From contig JBHLNT010000021.1 of the NCBI GenBank assembly GCA_048941265.1, forward strand, positions 1-30,856: a stretch of DNA of 30,856 bases, read 5' to 3'. Shown piece by piece: positions 19,068 to 27,912 of the stretch (the first letter of the stretch is position 1; every line of letters starts with the position of its first letter). Below the pieces are notes generated by a model. The model was not told where the DNA came from, made no database searches, and saw only the letters and a list, made by a program, of their open reading frames with translations. The DNA is from Promethearchaeota archaeon (GTDB lineage Archaea > Asgardarchaeota > Lokiarchaeia > Sigyniarchaeales > SOKP01). The translations under genes were made by a program, and so were the position numbers.

Positions 19068-19889
19068 ATGGATGAACAATATAGAAAACAACTTGAGACT
19101 AAAGAAAGCTTAATAAAAACTCTCCAGGATTCCATCAAACTAAAGGATAATCAATTAGAGACTATTCAAGATTCTTTAAAATTAAAGGATGATCAAATTA
19201 AGATTCTCGAGAATTCTTTAAATACTAAAGATGCTAAAATTCAGACTTTAGAAAAAACAATTAAGCTAAAAGAAGATCAGATGAAATCTATGGCATCCAC
19301 ATCCACTGATGAGAAAATATTGGCTGAAAAAGAAAAAGAAATCAAAGATCTTAGAAAAGAAATTGAAATTTTAAATGATGAGCTAATAAAAGCAGATGAG
19401 GATTTAGAAAAATTAGAAATTGAAAATGAAAAATTACGAAAAGCCGGTATAAATTCATTTGGACCCAAAATTTTAGATTTTACTAACCAAGAGATTACAA
19501 GATCGGAAATACTTGAAGAAATGCGTAAAATAATACAAAAATCCATAAGTAGTGTTACTATTGCGGTTCCTAAGATAGATGACTTACAAGACTTGTATCT
19601 CTATGAAGTAAGGTCTTCAGTAAATATAAAAATTTCATGTGGGATCAATCCCGGAATTGAAGAGCATGTAGAATTATTAGATGAGTACGAATCTCTTGAT
19701 AATATCTCTCTACGGCACTTTGAGGGAGCAGATCGATATGTTTTAAATAGAGATGGGGAAGAACTCTTGATGGCTGTTATAGGGGAAAATGAAAATAATC
19801 ATTTAGTGTTTAAGACAAAGGATCCAGCTCATATTAGGCTTCTCAATCCTTTGGTTATGGATTCCTGGCTTAGATCAAGAAAAATCTAA
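19068..19889 (+). CDS. Coiled-coil protein with C-terminal PLD-like/TrmB-effector-like alpha/beta domain
   Basis: N-terminal heptad repeats. C-terminal IIQKSISSVTIAVP...LNRDGEELLMAV...KTKDPAHIRLL...W resembles the PLD-like fold without HKD. Confidence 0.7.
   Translation: MDEQYRKQLETKESLIKTLQDSIKLKDNQLETIQDSLKLKDDQIKILENSLNTKDAKIQTLEKTIKLKEDQMKSMASTSTDEKILAEKEKEIKDLRKEIEILNDELIKADEDLEKLEIENEKLRKAGINSFGPKILDFTNQEITRSEILEEMRKIIQKSISSVTIAVPKIDDLQDLYLYEVRSSVNIKISCGINPGIEEHVELLDEYESLDNISLRHFEGADRYVLNRDGEELLMAVIGENENNHLVFKTKDPAHIRLLNPLVMDSWLRSRKI
19089..19290 (+). repeat. Degenerate in-frame 42-bp (14-aa) tandem repeat, about 4.5-5 copies
   Basis: LETKESLIKTLQDS / IKLKDNQLETIQDS / LKLKDDQIKILENS / LNTKDAKIQTLEKT / IKLKEDQMKSM. 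Confidence 0.75.
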
Positions 19890-19908
19890 TTTAACAATTT
19901 TATTTATT

Positions 19909-20625
19909 TCAAAAAATTGGACAATTCTCTTTTTCACATTTATTATTTAAACCAGAAAATCCGCAATTGGCTGGAGTATAATCCAATTTAATTTGAAAAT
20001 GTTCAATTAAAAAATTTAACGCTTCACAAATAGTTAAGCGGACAGATCTTTTACAGCAATGCTCTAAATTATCCGCTATTTTATTTAACGCCTGCGAGGT
20101 CATTTTATTTGCTAAAGTTCTTTCAAAATTTGTTGCTGGTGTTGCTCCAGTAAAAATGCTGATTGCAATCCCAGAACCCATTCCAGCACCACAGGATCCA
20201 TAAAAGCCACACCAACCCCCAGGAATCTTAGAAGCTCTTCTAATCGCTTCTTTAATATCAAATAGAGTAATCTCTGTACCATTGGGTTTTTTAATATTAT
20301 TATTTTTTAAGGAAGTTAAAATAACTGCGGGTGTTAAGACGTGATGTTCTGGACCGTACATTTTAAATTTTGGGTGTTGCATAATCTTATCTGCTAATAA
20401 GAATGGATCTTTGATAGTTGTCGTTTCACATACTTCTTCTATAACTTCAATTGGCCCCTTTGAATGGCAAGTATCACAGATATAGTGTCCATCTTCACAA
20501 AATGTATTAGTATTGAATAACTTCCCACAAAATTCGCAATTTAGATCTTTGTATTCTTTTGGTACTGTAGCATATACCAGATTTTTTCCACATATTTCGC
20601 ATTTATCTTTTTTTTTCTCGGACAT
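19909..20625 (-). CDS. Cys-rich DUF5714-like protein with N-terminal zinc ribbons
   Basis: CEICG, CEFCG, CEDGHYICDTCH, GPEHH, IPGGWCGFYGSCGA, CCKR, CEKENCPIF. ATG at 20625 avoids overlap with the upstream gene. Confidence 0.8.
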   Translation of the reverse strand: MSEKKKDKCEICGKNLVYATVPKEYKDLNCEFCGKLFNTNTFCEDGHYICDTCHSKGPIEVIEEVCETTTIKDPFLLADKIMQHPKFKMYGPEHHVLTPAVILTSLKNNNIKKPNGTEITLFDIKEAIRRASKIPGGWCGFYGSCGAGMGSGIAISIFTGATPATNFERTLANKMTSQALNKIADNLEHCCKRSVRLTICEALNFLIEHFQIKLDYTPANCGFSGLNNKCEKENCPIF

Positions 20626-20647
20626 TATATATAACTCCAAAATCTTT

Positions 20648-21499
20648 TTATAATTCAAGTAAAGTTCTTTTTCTGTGATGAAAATGTGCTAGCTGGTTAT
20701 ATCCAATTTTCTTAAGCATTTTAATTACCTTTTTAAATTCCCATGCTATTGAATTTGGATTATGAGCATCTGATCCTAGAACTATTGGAATATCGTAATC
20801 GTACATCCTTAAAATTATTTCTTTACTTGGATAAACCTCCTTTACATCTTTTCTTAATCCACCGGTATTAATTTCCATGGTTAAATCTTTTTTTTTTACT
20901 AGATCAAGAATTTTAAGAATTTCATTTTCAATTATTTCTTTGTTCTTTGGAAAATCATTAAATTTTTTAGGCAAATCAAAATGACTGATGACATCTAATT
21001 GAAATTTATTAGATGAAAGCATTTTCTGCTGGGTTTTATAATATTCCAAATAAACCTTATCAGGCCCATAAGATTGATAATCGCCCCTAAATCTGCTATC
21101 ATCAAAACCCCATGCGCCTTTTCCATCATTAAAATTCAGTATATGAATTGAACCAAGAATATAATCCAAGCGATGAATAATCTTATTTAAGTGAGTATTG
21201 AGCGCTGTTTCCTGATTTTCGAAGAAATCTATTTCAAAACCGATCCTCACATTAATTTTAGACGTATAACTATCCCTTAGATTTTCTGCTAGTGATAGGT
21301 AATGTTCGATTTCTCCTAAAGTAATGGCATATTCACTGTAAGGAATTCTTTCTATATTAGAAAGGAATTCGTATGGAAAATGATCGCATATTCCTATGGT
21401 GGCTAAATTTAAATCAATAGCGCTTTTAATGTAATCCTCAATTGTTCCTGTAGCATGTCGACATAATTCACTATGAGTATGCCAATCTTCTAGTTTCAT
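20648..21499 (-). CDS. hisJ: PHP-family histidinol-phosphatase (HisJ/HisK type)
   Basis: DWHTHSELCRHA, ICDH, IGFEIDF, LGSIH, SHFDLPK, EINTGG, GSDAH. Confidence 0.9.
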   Translation of the reverse strand: MKLEDWHTHSELCRHATGTIEDYIKSAIDLNLATIGICDHFPYEFLSNIERIPYSEYAITLGEIEHYLSLAENLRDSYTSKINVRIGFEIDFFENQETALNTHLNKIIHRLDYILGSIHILNFNDGKGAWGFDDSRFRGDYQSYGPDKVYLEYYKTQQKMLSSNKFQLDVISHFDLPKKFNDFPKNKEIIENEILKILDLVKKKDLTMEINTGGLRKDVKEVYPSKEIILRMYDYDIPIVLGSDAHNPNSIAWEFKKVIKMLKKIGYNQLAHFHHRKRTLLEL

Positions 21500-21533
21500 T
21501 ATTTTTATGAAATATGCTAAATAAGTTAAAATT

Positions 21534-22349
21534 ATGGAATTTAAAGAGAAACAATTTGACGGTCCATATGAGGTTATTGAAATTGAGATAAATAATAAGG
21601 GAGAAATTTTTAAAGGAATGCTATATAATCCTCCAGAATTTATTCAAAAACCTTATCCTTTGGTCATATACTTTCATGGTTTTCCTCAAATCTTCCCTCT
21701 ACAAGAAATTGCAAAAAGCTATAAATATATCTTGGATTTAGGATTTGCATTTATGATTTTTAATTTTAGAGGATATAGATATAGTGATGGGGAGATCTCA
21801 ATTATGGGACAGTTTTCTGACGCTATTAAGATTATTGAATTCGTAGAGAAAACAGCGCATAATGGGATATTTGATTTAGAAAATCTAAATATATTAGCTC
21901 ATGATTTTGGAGCTTTTATTGCTCTAATCTTATGTTCGAAAACCAAATTAATAAATAATTTATTATTATTGAGCCCAATACTAAACATAGAACGGCATGT
22001 AAATAATAAAAATTTTGAAATAGTACTAAATTATATCAATAGATTTCTTCCCGGTAATGTTCGGGGTATAGATAATGTGGAAGATTTTATAAAAAAAACC
22101 CAAAAAGAATTATCTAAAAGAGATTTTAAGATTGAAACAATCATTAAACGCTTGAAAAATAAAAAACTCATAATTATTATTGGAGAGAAAGATAAGATAA
22201 CTCCTCTTTCAGAAGTTAATAAAATAATGAAAAACTCTAATTTAATCCCAGAATTAGTTTTAATTAAAGGCATGGACCATCAATGTATAGAAGATGAAGA
22301 CTTAGAAGCAGTCAGACAAAAGATTGAAGAAATTTTAAAAATTGATTAA
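21534..22349 (+). CDS. Alpha/beta-hydrolase-fold protein with Asp at the nucleophile elbow
   Basis: YFHGFP, FNFRGYRYSDG, AHDFG elbow, GEKD acid, GMDH His. Confidence 0.85.
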   Translation: MEFKEKQFDGPYEVIEIEINNKGEIFKGMLYNPPEFIQKPYPLVIYFHGFPQIFPLQEIAKSYKYILDLGFAFMIFNFRGYRYSDGEISIMGQFSDAIKIIEFVEKTAHNGIFDLENLNILAHDFGAFIALILCSKTKLINNLLLLSPILNIERHVNNKNFEIVLNYINRFLPGNVRGIDNVEDFIKKTQKELSKRDFKIETIIKRLKNKKLIIIIGEKDKITPLSEVNKIMKNSNLIPELVLIKGMDHQCIEDEDLEAVRQKIEEILKID

Positions 22350-22385
22350 ATAAATTATTCAAATAAAAAATCTACTTACAGAAAG

Positions 22386-23597
22386 GTGGCTCATATAAAT
22401 AGCAAATTTACTCCAAAAGAATTGGATGAATTAATTAATAGAAATAATATGAGTAAATCCGAGGCAATTAACCTCTTAATTTCTTTAATTGAGGGATCTA
22501 ATTCTGGAGAAATTCGCACTAAGTATCTAAATATGTTTGAAAGCTTGTCTTTGAAAAATAAGAAAGCCTTTATTTTTATAGAAAATCTACTTATATCTGA
22601 TGAAAATCAAATTGTTAGAGCAACTGCTTCTAAAGTTATAGTTAAGCTTTTTCCAGAGGACTGTCTTAATCCTTTAAAATGGACAATCCAAAATGACAAT
22701 TCTTCCTATGTATTAACTACTATCAAAAATTTGATTGGAAGACTAAATAATCAATTCAATGATATATTAAATATTGAATACTCAAAAAGGCTAAATATAA
22801 TCGCCAAAAATTATGGCGTCATGCTAAAAGAAGCCGAATTTTTAATGGATATTGGATTAAATCCTAAATTCTATAGAGATTTGGATTCAGATTCAAAGCG
22901 TAATGTAATTTATGGAGATAATATTTTGGTAATAGCTAAGGAGAACCATATAAGGGCCATAAGCTTATCAAACTGGAAACCAGAAAGTCTTCCAGAGTCT
23001 ATACGTAATTTAGAAAAACTGAAATATCTTAATTTAAGTTGTAATGAATTAAAAATTTTGCCTACTTCGATCGATGAGCTTACTCAGCTTAAATTTTTAG
23101 ATCTAGGCTGGAATAAATTTCAATCAATCCCAAGTTTTTTGGCTAAAGTTAAGTCAGTCAAGAATTTTCGGCTAGATTTAGATCATAACGAGATAAAATC
23201 AATACCTAAATGGATTGATAATCTTGAATCATTAAATTATTTGAACTTAAGAAAAAACCATATTGAAGTAATCCCTGATTCTATAGGGAATTTAAGAAAC
23301 TTAGAATTTTTAGATTTAAGGGAAAATCGATTGGAAATCATTCCTGATTCTATTGGTTCAATTCCCGCACTTAAAGTTTTATGGTTAAATAATAATAGGA
23401 TAAAATATATCCCCAAATCAATAGGAGCTCTAATATCGCTTGAAGTTTTGGACTTGGGGAATAATAACATTCAAGAAATACCTGAAGAAATAAGCAAGTT
23501 AAAATCATTGGAATTTTTGAATCTAAAGTATAACAAAATCAAGGAAATACCAGAATCAATTAAAAAATTAGACAAGCTTAAAACAATTAGAATATAA
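22386..23597 (+). CDS. HEAT-repeat + leucine-rich-repeat protein
   Basis: N-terminal ENLLISDENQIVRATA (HEAT-like), then about 9 23-aa LRRs (IPDSIGNLRNLEFLDLRENRL). Start uncertain (GTG 22386 or ATA 22395). Confidence 0.92.
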   Translation: MAHINSKFTPKELDELINRNNMSKSEAINLLISLIEGSNSGEIRTKYLNMFESLSLKNKKAFIFIENLLISDENQIVRATASKVIVKLFPEDCLNPLKWTIQNDNSSYVLTTIKNLIGRLNNQFNDILNIEYSKRLNIIAKNYGVMLKEAEFLMDIGLNPKFYRDLDSDSKRNVIYGDNILVIAKENHIRAISLSNWKPESLPESIRNLEKLKYLNLSCNELKILPTSIDELTQLKFLDLGWNKFQSIPSFLAKVKSVKNFRLDLDHNEIKSIPKWIDNLESLNYLNLRKNHIEVIPDSIGNLRNLEFLDLRENRLEIIPDSIGSIPALKVLWLNNNRIKYIPKSIGALISLEVLDLGNNNIQEIPEEISKLKSLEFLNLKYNKIKEIPESIKKLDKLKTIRI

Positions 23598-23603
23598 CTA
23601 TAT

Positions 23604-24476
23604 TTACTGAGTTAGAATACCTTTTATCTTCTCTAAAATCTCCGGATTTCTAATATACTTCGAATTATTTAACAATAGAACAAAATTTTCAGCTAAAATT
23701 TCTTCAGGGTGTATAATGTAATCAGTATTCATCCCTATTTTTTGTAAATATGATTGAATATCATCAACACGGAATAATTGTAGCTTACCATTTTTATAGC
23801 ATGGTTCGCAACTATTTTTCTTTATAACCACTTCGAGCAGTCGAAATTCAAGATAATCGAAAAAATCACCTCTTTTTTTCAAATTATATGGTTCATTAGA
23901 ATACAATATAGGCATAACACTGATTTCATTATCCTCTAAATAGCAATTTATCAGCGGAGCATCGGGATTAGTAATTTTTAAATCTTTTAATTCCTTAGGA
24001 AATTCTAATTCTGGACAATCAAAAAATCCAATAATATTATATAATTCGCTTCTTTTTTTTGGATTATTTTTCGAATAGATATGAAATAATTCATGAGTTA
24101 AAATATTCTTTAAAGCATATGGAGTATTTATTAATGATTGAGGAAGTATTATCGAATTCCCACGACAATAAGCCGCATTTCCCTCCTCTCTACCTGTTGT
24201 TTTTACAATTGAGATATTTTTTGGAAAATTTAAGGAATACTGATTAAGTTTCGATATAATCGATTCTAATATCGATTCAACTCCCGTGCATTCAAATGAG
24301 CCCCAATCTAAAGCTTGTTTAGATAAAAAGTATAAAAATTCGTTTTGTGAAACTGAATTTTCTGTTTTAAATCTTGAAGCACGGTCAAAAGGGCTTAATG
24401 ATAAAATGAATATATCTCTTGTAGTAAGTACTTTTCTCGCCTCAGTTTTATTCAAGAAAACAATATCCATAGCCAT
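23604..24476 (-). CDS. Putative zincin-like metallopeptidase
   Basis: EEGNAAYCRG strand, LTHELFH (HExxH) and distal HPEEILAENF helix providing a candidate third ligand. Confidence 0.7.
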   Translation of the reverse strand: MAMDIVFLNKTEARKVLTTRDIFILSLSPFDRASRFKTENSVSQNEFLYFLSKQALDWGSFECTGVESILESIISKLNQYSLNFPKNISIVKTTGREEGNAAYCRGNSIILPQSLINTPYALKNILTHELFHIYSKNNPKKRSELYNIIGFFDCPELEFPKELKDLKITNPDAPLINCYLEDNEISVMPILYSNEPYNLKKRGDFFDYLEFRLLEVVIKKNSCEPCYKNGKLQLFRVDDIQSYLQKIGMNTDYIIHPEEILAENFVLLLNNSKYIRNPEILEKIKGILTQ

Positions 24477-24583
24477 TCAAGTTTGTTTTTATCTTTAAAA
24501 TAAATTTAGAAAAAAGTATTTAAAATGAGAAAAAATTTTTAGATTGAAAAGAAACGATTTGGATCTTATTAAAAAGAGAAATA

Positions 24584-25501
24584 TTACGATTCTTGTTGTT
24601 CCTTGAGCCTTTTTTCTTCTTCCTTCATTTCTTTCCTATGTTCTATTCTTTCTTTAATACTTTGGTGCTCGTCATAGCGCTTAATATACATTTCTTCATA
24701 TTTCTGCCTTAATCCTTCCACATCTTTTACATGTCCTAATATATTTTCAAGCCCATCTTCAAAAAACCTATTCTTCTTGTATTTTTCTGAAGGGATACCT
24801 ACATAAATATAACCCTCTTCAAGTTGCTGTCCCACAATTGTGACTGAATTCGCAGCTAAAACGCTTCGTTTACCGATGTGGGTGCCCGGCATAACTACTG
24901 CATGAGCGCCAATCCTTACATCATCTTCAATGATGGTTTTCCTGATAATAAGGAGATTTCCTACTATTACAGCACTTTGGACTATGCTTCCTTGCCCAAC
25001 TACAACATTTTTGCCAAATTCAATGAATTCACAGTCCACCCATCCTTCAAAGAGTGAATTTGTAAAAGTTGTCTTAACACCAAATGCTTTAAAACAGACA
25101 TTATCTAAGAAAGGAAATGGAAATTTATGAGCCAACCATACTGGCCATCTTTTTATAGTATTTCTAAGGCTCCAATATCTATAATCCTTGTCTGTAGGAT
25201 CTCTCATAAACACGCCCTCCTTAGGTTTATGAAAAGCATTTACAATACCTAAAAGTATTTTAGCAAATAAAAGTGCGGTAAAAACCATTGTTAAATACAT
25301 TACAAAAATTAAAAGTGGGAGAAAAATATAAAAATGAACGGGTCGCAATGGGTCGTATAACCACTGCCAATAAAACCAAAACTCGAGTAAAATAGGGATA
25401 ATACTAATCCATATTAGAAAGATATAAAATAATAAGTATCTTTTCTTTACTAATACTGTTGGAGTAAAAGGTCCAACCCTCATAGAAGTAGGAACCGACA
25501 T
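24584..25501 (-). CDS. Membrane-anchored (2 TM) left-handed beta-helix acyltransferase-like protein, paralog 3
   Basis: Two TM helices, HKPKEGVF...YRYW, hexapeptide repeats (FGKNVVVGQGSIV, IEDDVRIGAHAVVMPGTHIG), YIYVGIPS. Confidence 0.88.
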   Translation of the reverse strand: MSVPTSMRVGPFTPTVLVKKRYLLFYIFLIWISIIPILLEFWFYWQWLYDPLRPVHFYIFLPLLIFVMYLTMVFTALLFAKILLGIVNAFHKPKEGVFMRDPTDKDYRYWSLRNTIKRWPVWLAHKFPFPFLDNVCFKAFGVKTTFTNSLFEGWVDCEFIEFGKNVVVGQGSIVQSAVIVGNLLIIRKTIIEDDVRIGAHAVVMPGTHIGKRSVLAANSVTIVGQQLEEGYIYVGIPSEKYKKNRFFEDGLENILGHVKDVEGLRQKYEEMYIKRYDEHQSIKERIEHRKEMKEEEKRLKEQQES

Positions 25502-25505
25502 GTAG

Positions 25506-26399
25506 TTACAACCTCTCTTTTAACTTTTCTTTTTTATCTTCTTCTATATTGATTACTTCTTCTTCAACTACTTTTTGTTCATCATCAACACTACTTTTTG
25601 TCATCTGTGATACAAACGCAAGTTTATTAGGTTTAAGTTTGATAGCTGGAATTCCGAAATAAATCCATCCAGTTTCTAAGACTTGATTTAAAACGGTCGC
25701 GGAAATCGCGCCTAAAAGAGAATCTCTACCGGTAAATGTTCCCGGGGAAACACATGCCATACCTCCTACAACAGTATAATCATCAAGAATTACTTGCTTA
25801 ATTATTAAATAATTCCCTATTACCATTGAACTCATTATCACTGCGCCTTGTCCAACCAATACTCTGCGACCTAATTTAACAAACTCAATATCACACCACG
25901 CATCTGGTAGATGACTTGAAAAATCCATTCGTATTCCAAACCATCTAAAAGCAAGAGAATCCATCCACGGGAGCGGAAAATTTCTAAGAAGCCAAAGTAC
26001 TAGCTTTTTTAGTTCAGTTCTCAAACACCAAAACTCAAAATCAGCATTTCCTATTTCTGCTCTAAACACACCCTCTTTCGGTTTATGAATAAGATTAATA
26101 AGTATTAAAAATAATTTACTGAGGATAGTACAAGATAAAATAAAAATAAAATACATAGCAATTATCGCGTAGGGAAGAAATATTAAGGTTCCTATCCAAG
26201 GTTCCCAATCTTCCGTAATGGGTGGCTTGTTCTTATTCCATTCGTACCAGAAAATTCCCGTAAGAATACCACTTAACCAGATAATTGGGATGTATACCGC
26301 TAAAAATTTAATATTAACTCTACTTATTGCGCTACTTGTTGTGAAATCGAGAGTATAATCATTTTCTTCCTCTGATCCATTATTCGTAGCATTACTCAT
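25506..26399 (-). CDS. Membrane-anchored (2 TM) left-handed beta-helix acyltransferase-like protein, paralog 2
   Basis: Two TM helices, HKPKEGVF...FEFW, LGRRVLVGQGAVI, LDDYTVVGG, WIYFGIPA. Confidence 0.88.
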   Translation of the reverse strand: MSNATNNGSEEENDYTLDFTTSSAISRVNIKFLAVYIPIIWLSGILTGIFWYEWNKNKPPITEDWEPWIGTLIFLPYAIIAMYFIFILSCTILSKLFLILINLIHKPKEGVFRAEIGNADFEFWCLRTELKKLVLWLLRNFPLPWMDSLAFRWFGIRMDFSSHLPDAWCDIEFVKLGRRVLVGQGAVIMSSMVIGNYLIIKQVILDDYTVVGGMACVSPGTFTGRDSLLGAISATVLNQVLETGWIYFGIPAIKLKPNKLAFVSQMTKSSVDDEQKVVEEEVINIEEDKKEKLKERL

Positions 26400-26412
26400 A
26401 ATAAAAAACTCA

Positions 26413-27315
26413 TTATTTTATTTTCTTATTTTCTTTTTTTTGCTTTTCAATTAGTTGTCTCTCTCTTTCTAAATCTTTATCTGTTATTTTTAAATAATTT
26501 AAAATCTTTTTATGGAATATTTTTCTGGCAGGTAATCCAAAATAATAATTACCATCACCCTGAGTAGTTTGATGTTTTGCAACACTGGCCAAAGGTAAAA
26601 AATATGAATTATCTCTTATATCTCCTCCAGGACCAACAATATTAAATACTGAACAGGTTACATTATTACCTATTTTTATTTCAAAATAAGGAATCCGGCC
26701 AAATATTCCTTCTACTACGTGCGAACATATAGCTGAGTTAACTCCGATGTAACAATTATCTCCTACATCAATATATTTATCGGCAACAATTTCTTCTTCA
26801 ATTGTTGTTCCTTTCCCAATTTTATTTGAGCCTACAAAATTATAAAACCAATTCGCCAACCAGGGAAACATTCCCTTTGTGAAAGCATATTTTCCGTACT
26901 TTATCATAAAAGATCTTAGATGGTAATAATTTAAAGTATCACTTGGAACACTTCGAAGAATTATTCCATCTTTAGTTGGACACATTCTTTCAGTAAAACT
27001 CCAAAATAATCTCGTAAATACTCCAATAAATATCAAGTGAAGAACATAACTAACAATCATAACAAAAGGAAATAATAACAAAGCTAATAGAGAGTTTAAC
27101 TCTGTAAAAAGAGAAATAAAATCGGGATTTTCTAATACAAGAGGTTGAAATATTAAGAGATAATATAGCATATAGACTAATCCTGGGATTAGAAATGATC
27201 CAAAATATATAACAATAAAAAAGAGCAAATATAAATGAAATTGAAATTTAACTTCTTTTTTTTCTAAATCTTCAAGTGTATCGGATGAAGGTGCTTCTTT
27301 TGAGTCCGTAGCCAT
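26413..27315 (-). CDS. Membrane-anchored (2 TM) left-handed beta-helix acyltransferase-like protein, paralog 1 (retains His)
   Basis: Two TM helices, PTKDGII, KIGKGTTI, VGDNCYIGVNSAICSHVVEG, IKIGNNV, YYFGLPA. GGTGA RBS 6 nt before ATG. Confidence 0.88.
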   Translation of the reverse strand: MATDSKEAPSSDTLEDLEKKEVKFQFHLYLLFFIVIYFGSFLIPGLVYMLYYLLIFQPLVLENPDFISLFTELNSLLALLLFPFVMIVSYVLHLIFIGVFTRLFWSFTERMCPTKDGIILRSVPSDTLNYYHLRSFMIKYGKYAFTKGMFPWLANWFYNFVGSNKIGKGTTIEEEIVADKYIDVGDNCYIGVNSAICSHVVEGIFGRIPYFEIKIGNNVTCSVFNIVGPGGDIRDNSYFLPLASVAKHQTTQGDGNYYFGLPARKIFHKKILNYLKITDKDLERERQLIEKQKKENKKIK

Positions 27316-27462
27316 CTTATATCACCTTCGAATTATAAACTTTATAAACTTTATCCTAATAATAATATAGATTTTGCTAGGATTTCATTTGATAATTATG
27401 TGAATTTTTATAAAATATAGCCTTATAATTATCTTACTAGATTTCTAATAATTGATTAAGCA

Positions 27463-27852
27463 ATGAAAGAAAAGTGTAAAAACTGCGGAAAATGTTGTAT
27501 AGATACTGAAATGATGATATCCAAAAAAGACATTAGCTTAATTTTAAGACAATATCCGCAAGATTTACGAGAAGAGGATTTTGTAATCAAAAACCATGGT
27601 TATTCTCAATTAAAAAATATCGACGGACATTGTGTATTTTTTGACGCATTTACTAAGAAATGTAAGATTTATATAAATCGTCCTCAAGGGTGTCGGTTTT
27701 ATCCTCTCACATACGATAAAGATAAAAAATTATGTGTTTTCGATGAAGATTGCCCAAGAATCGAGTTATTTTATCTGTCGGATGATGATTTCGAAAAAAA
27801 ATGTCGAAAAATAAAAATCTTTTTACGAGAAGATTTAAATATCCATTTATAA
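27463..27852 (+). CDS. YkgJ/CxxCxxCC cysteine-cluster protein
   Basis: CKNCGKCC, HCVFFD, KCKIYINRPQGCRFYP, C...CP. Confidence 0.92.
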   Translation: MKEKCKNCGKCCIDTEMMISKKDISLILRQYPQDLREEDFVIKNHGYSQLKNIDGHCVFFDAFTKKCKIYINRPQGCRFYPLTYDKDKKLCVFDEDCPRIELFYLSDDDFEKKCRKIKIFLREDLNIHL

Positions 27853-27912
27853 TTTTTTAGTCAAATTTGCCCTTAAGTTTAAAAGTGGAAATCCTCATTA
27901 TTTATTTGTTTA

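Noticed and set aside
19900-19911. Selenocysteine read-through at the TGA ending the Cys-rich DUF5714-like gene
   Set aside because: TGA follows a natural-looking terminus (CPIF), a TAA follows two codons later, and no SECIS-like hairpin is evident.
24584-27315. Gamma-carbonic anhydrase or dynactin p25/p27 identity for the beta-helix proteins
   Set aside because: The three Zn-binding His are absent and each protein has N-terminal TM helices that those families lack.
27333-27354. 9-bp tandem repeat TTATAAACT x2.4 in the divergent promoter of the beta-helix operon
   Set aside because: TATA-like sequence in very AT-rich DNA; cannot be distinguished from promoter elements or chance.
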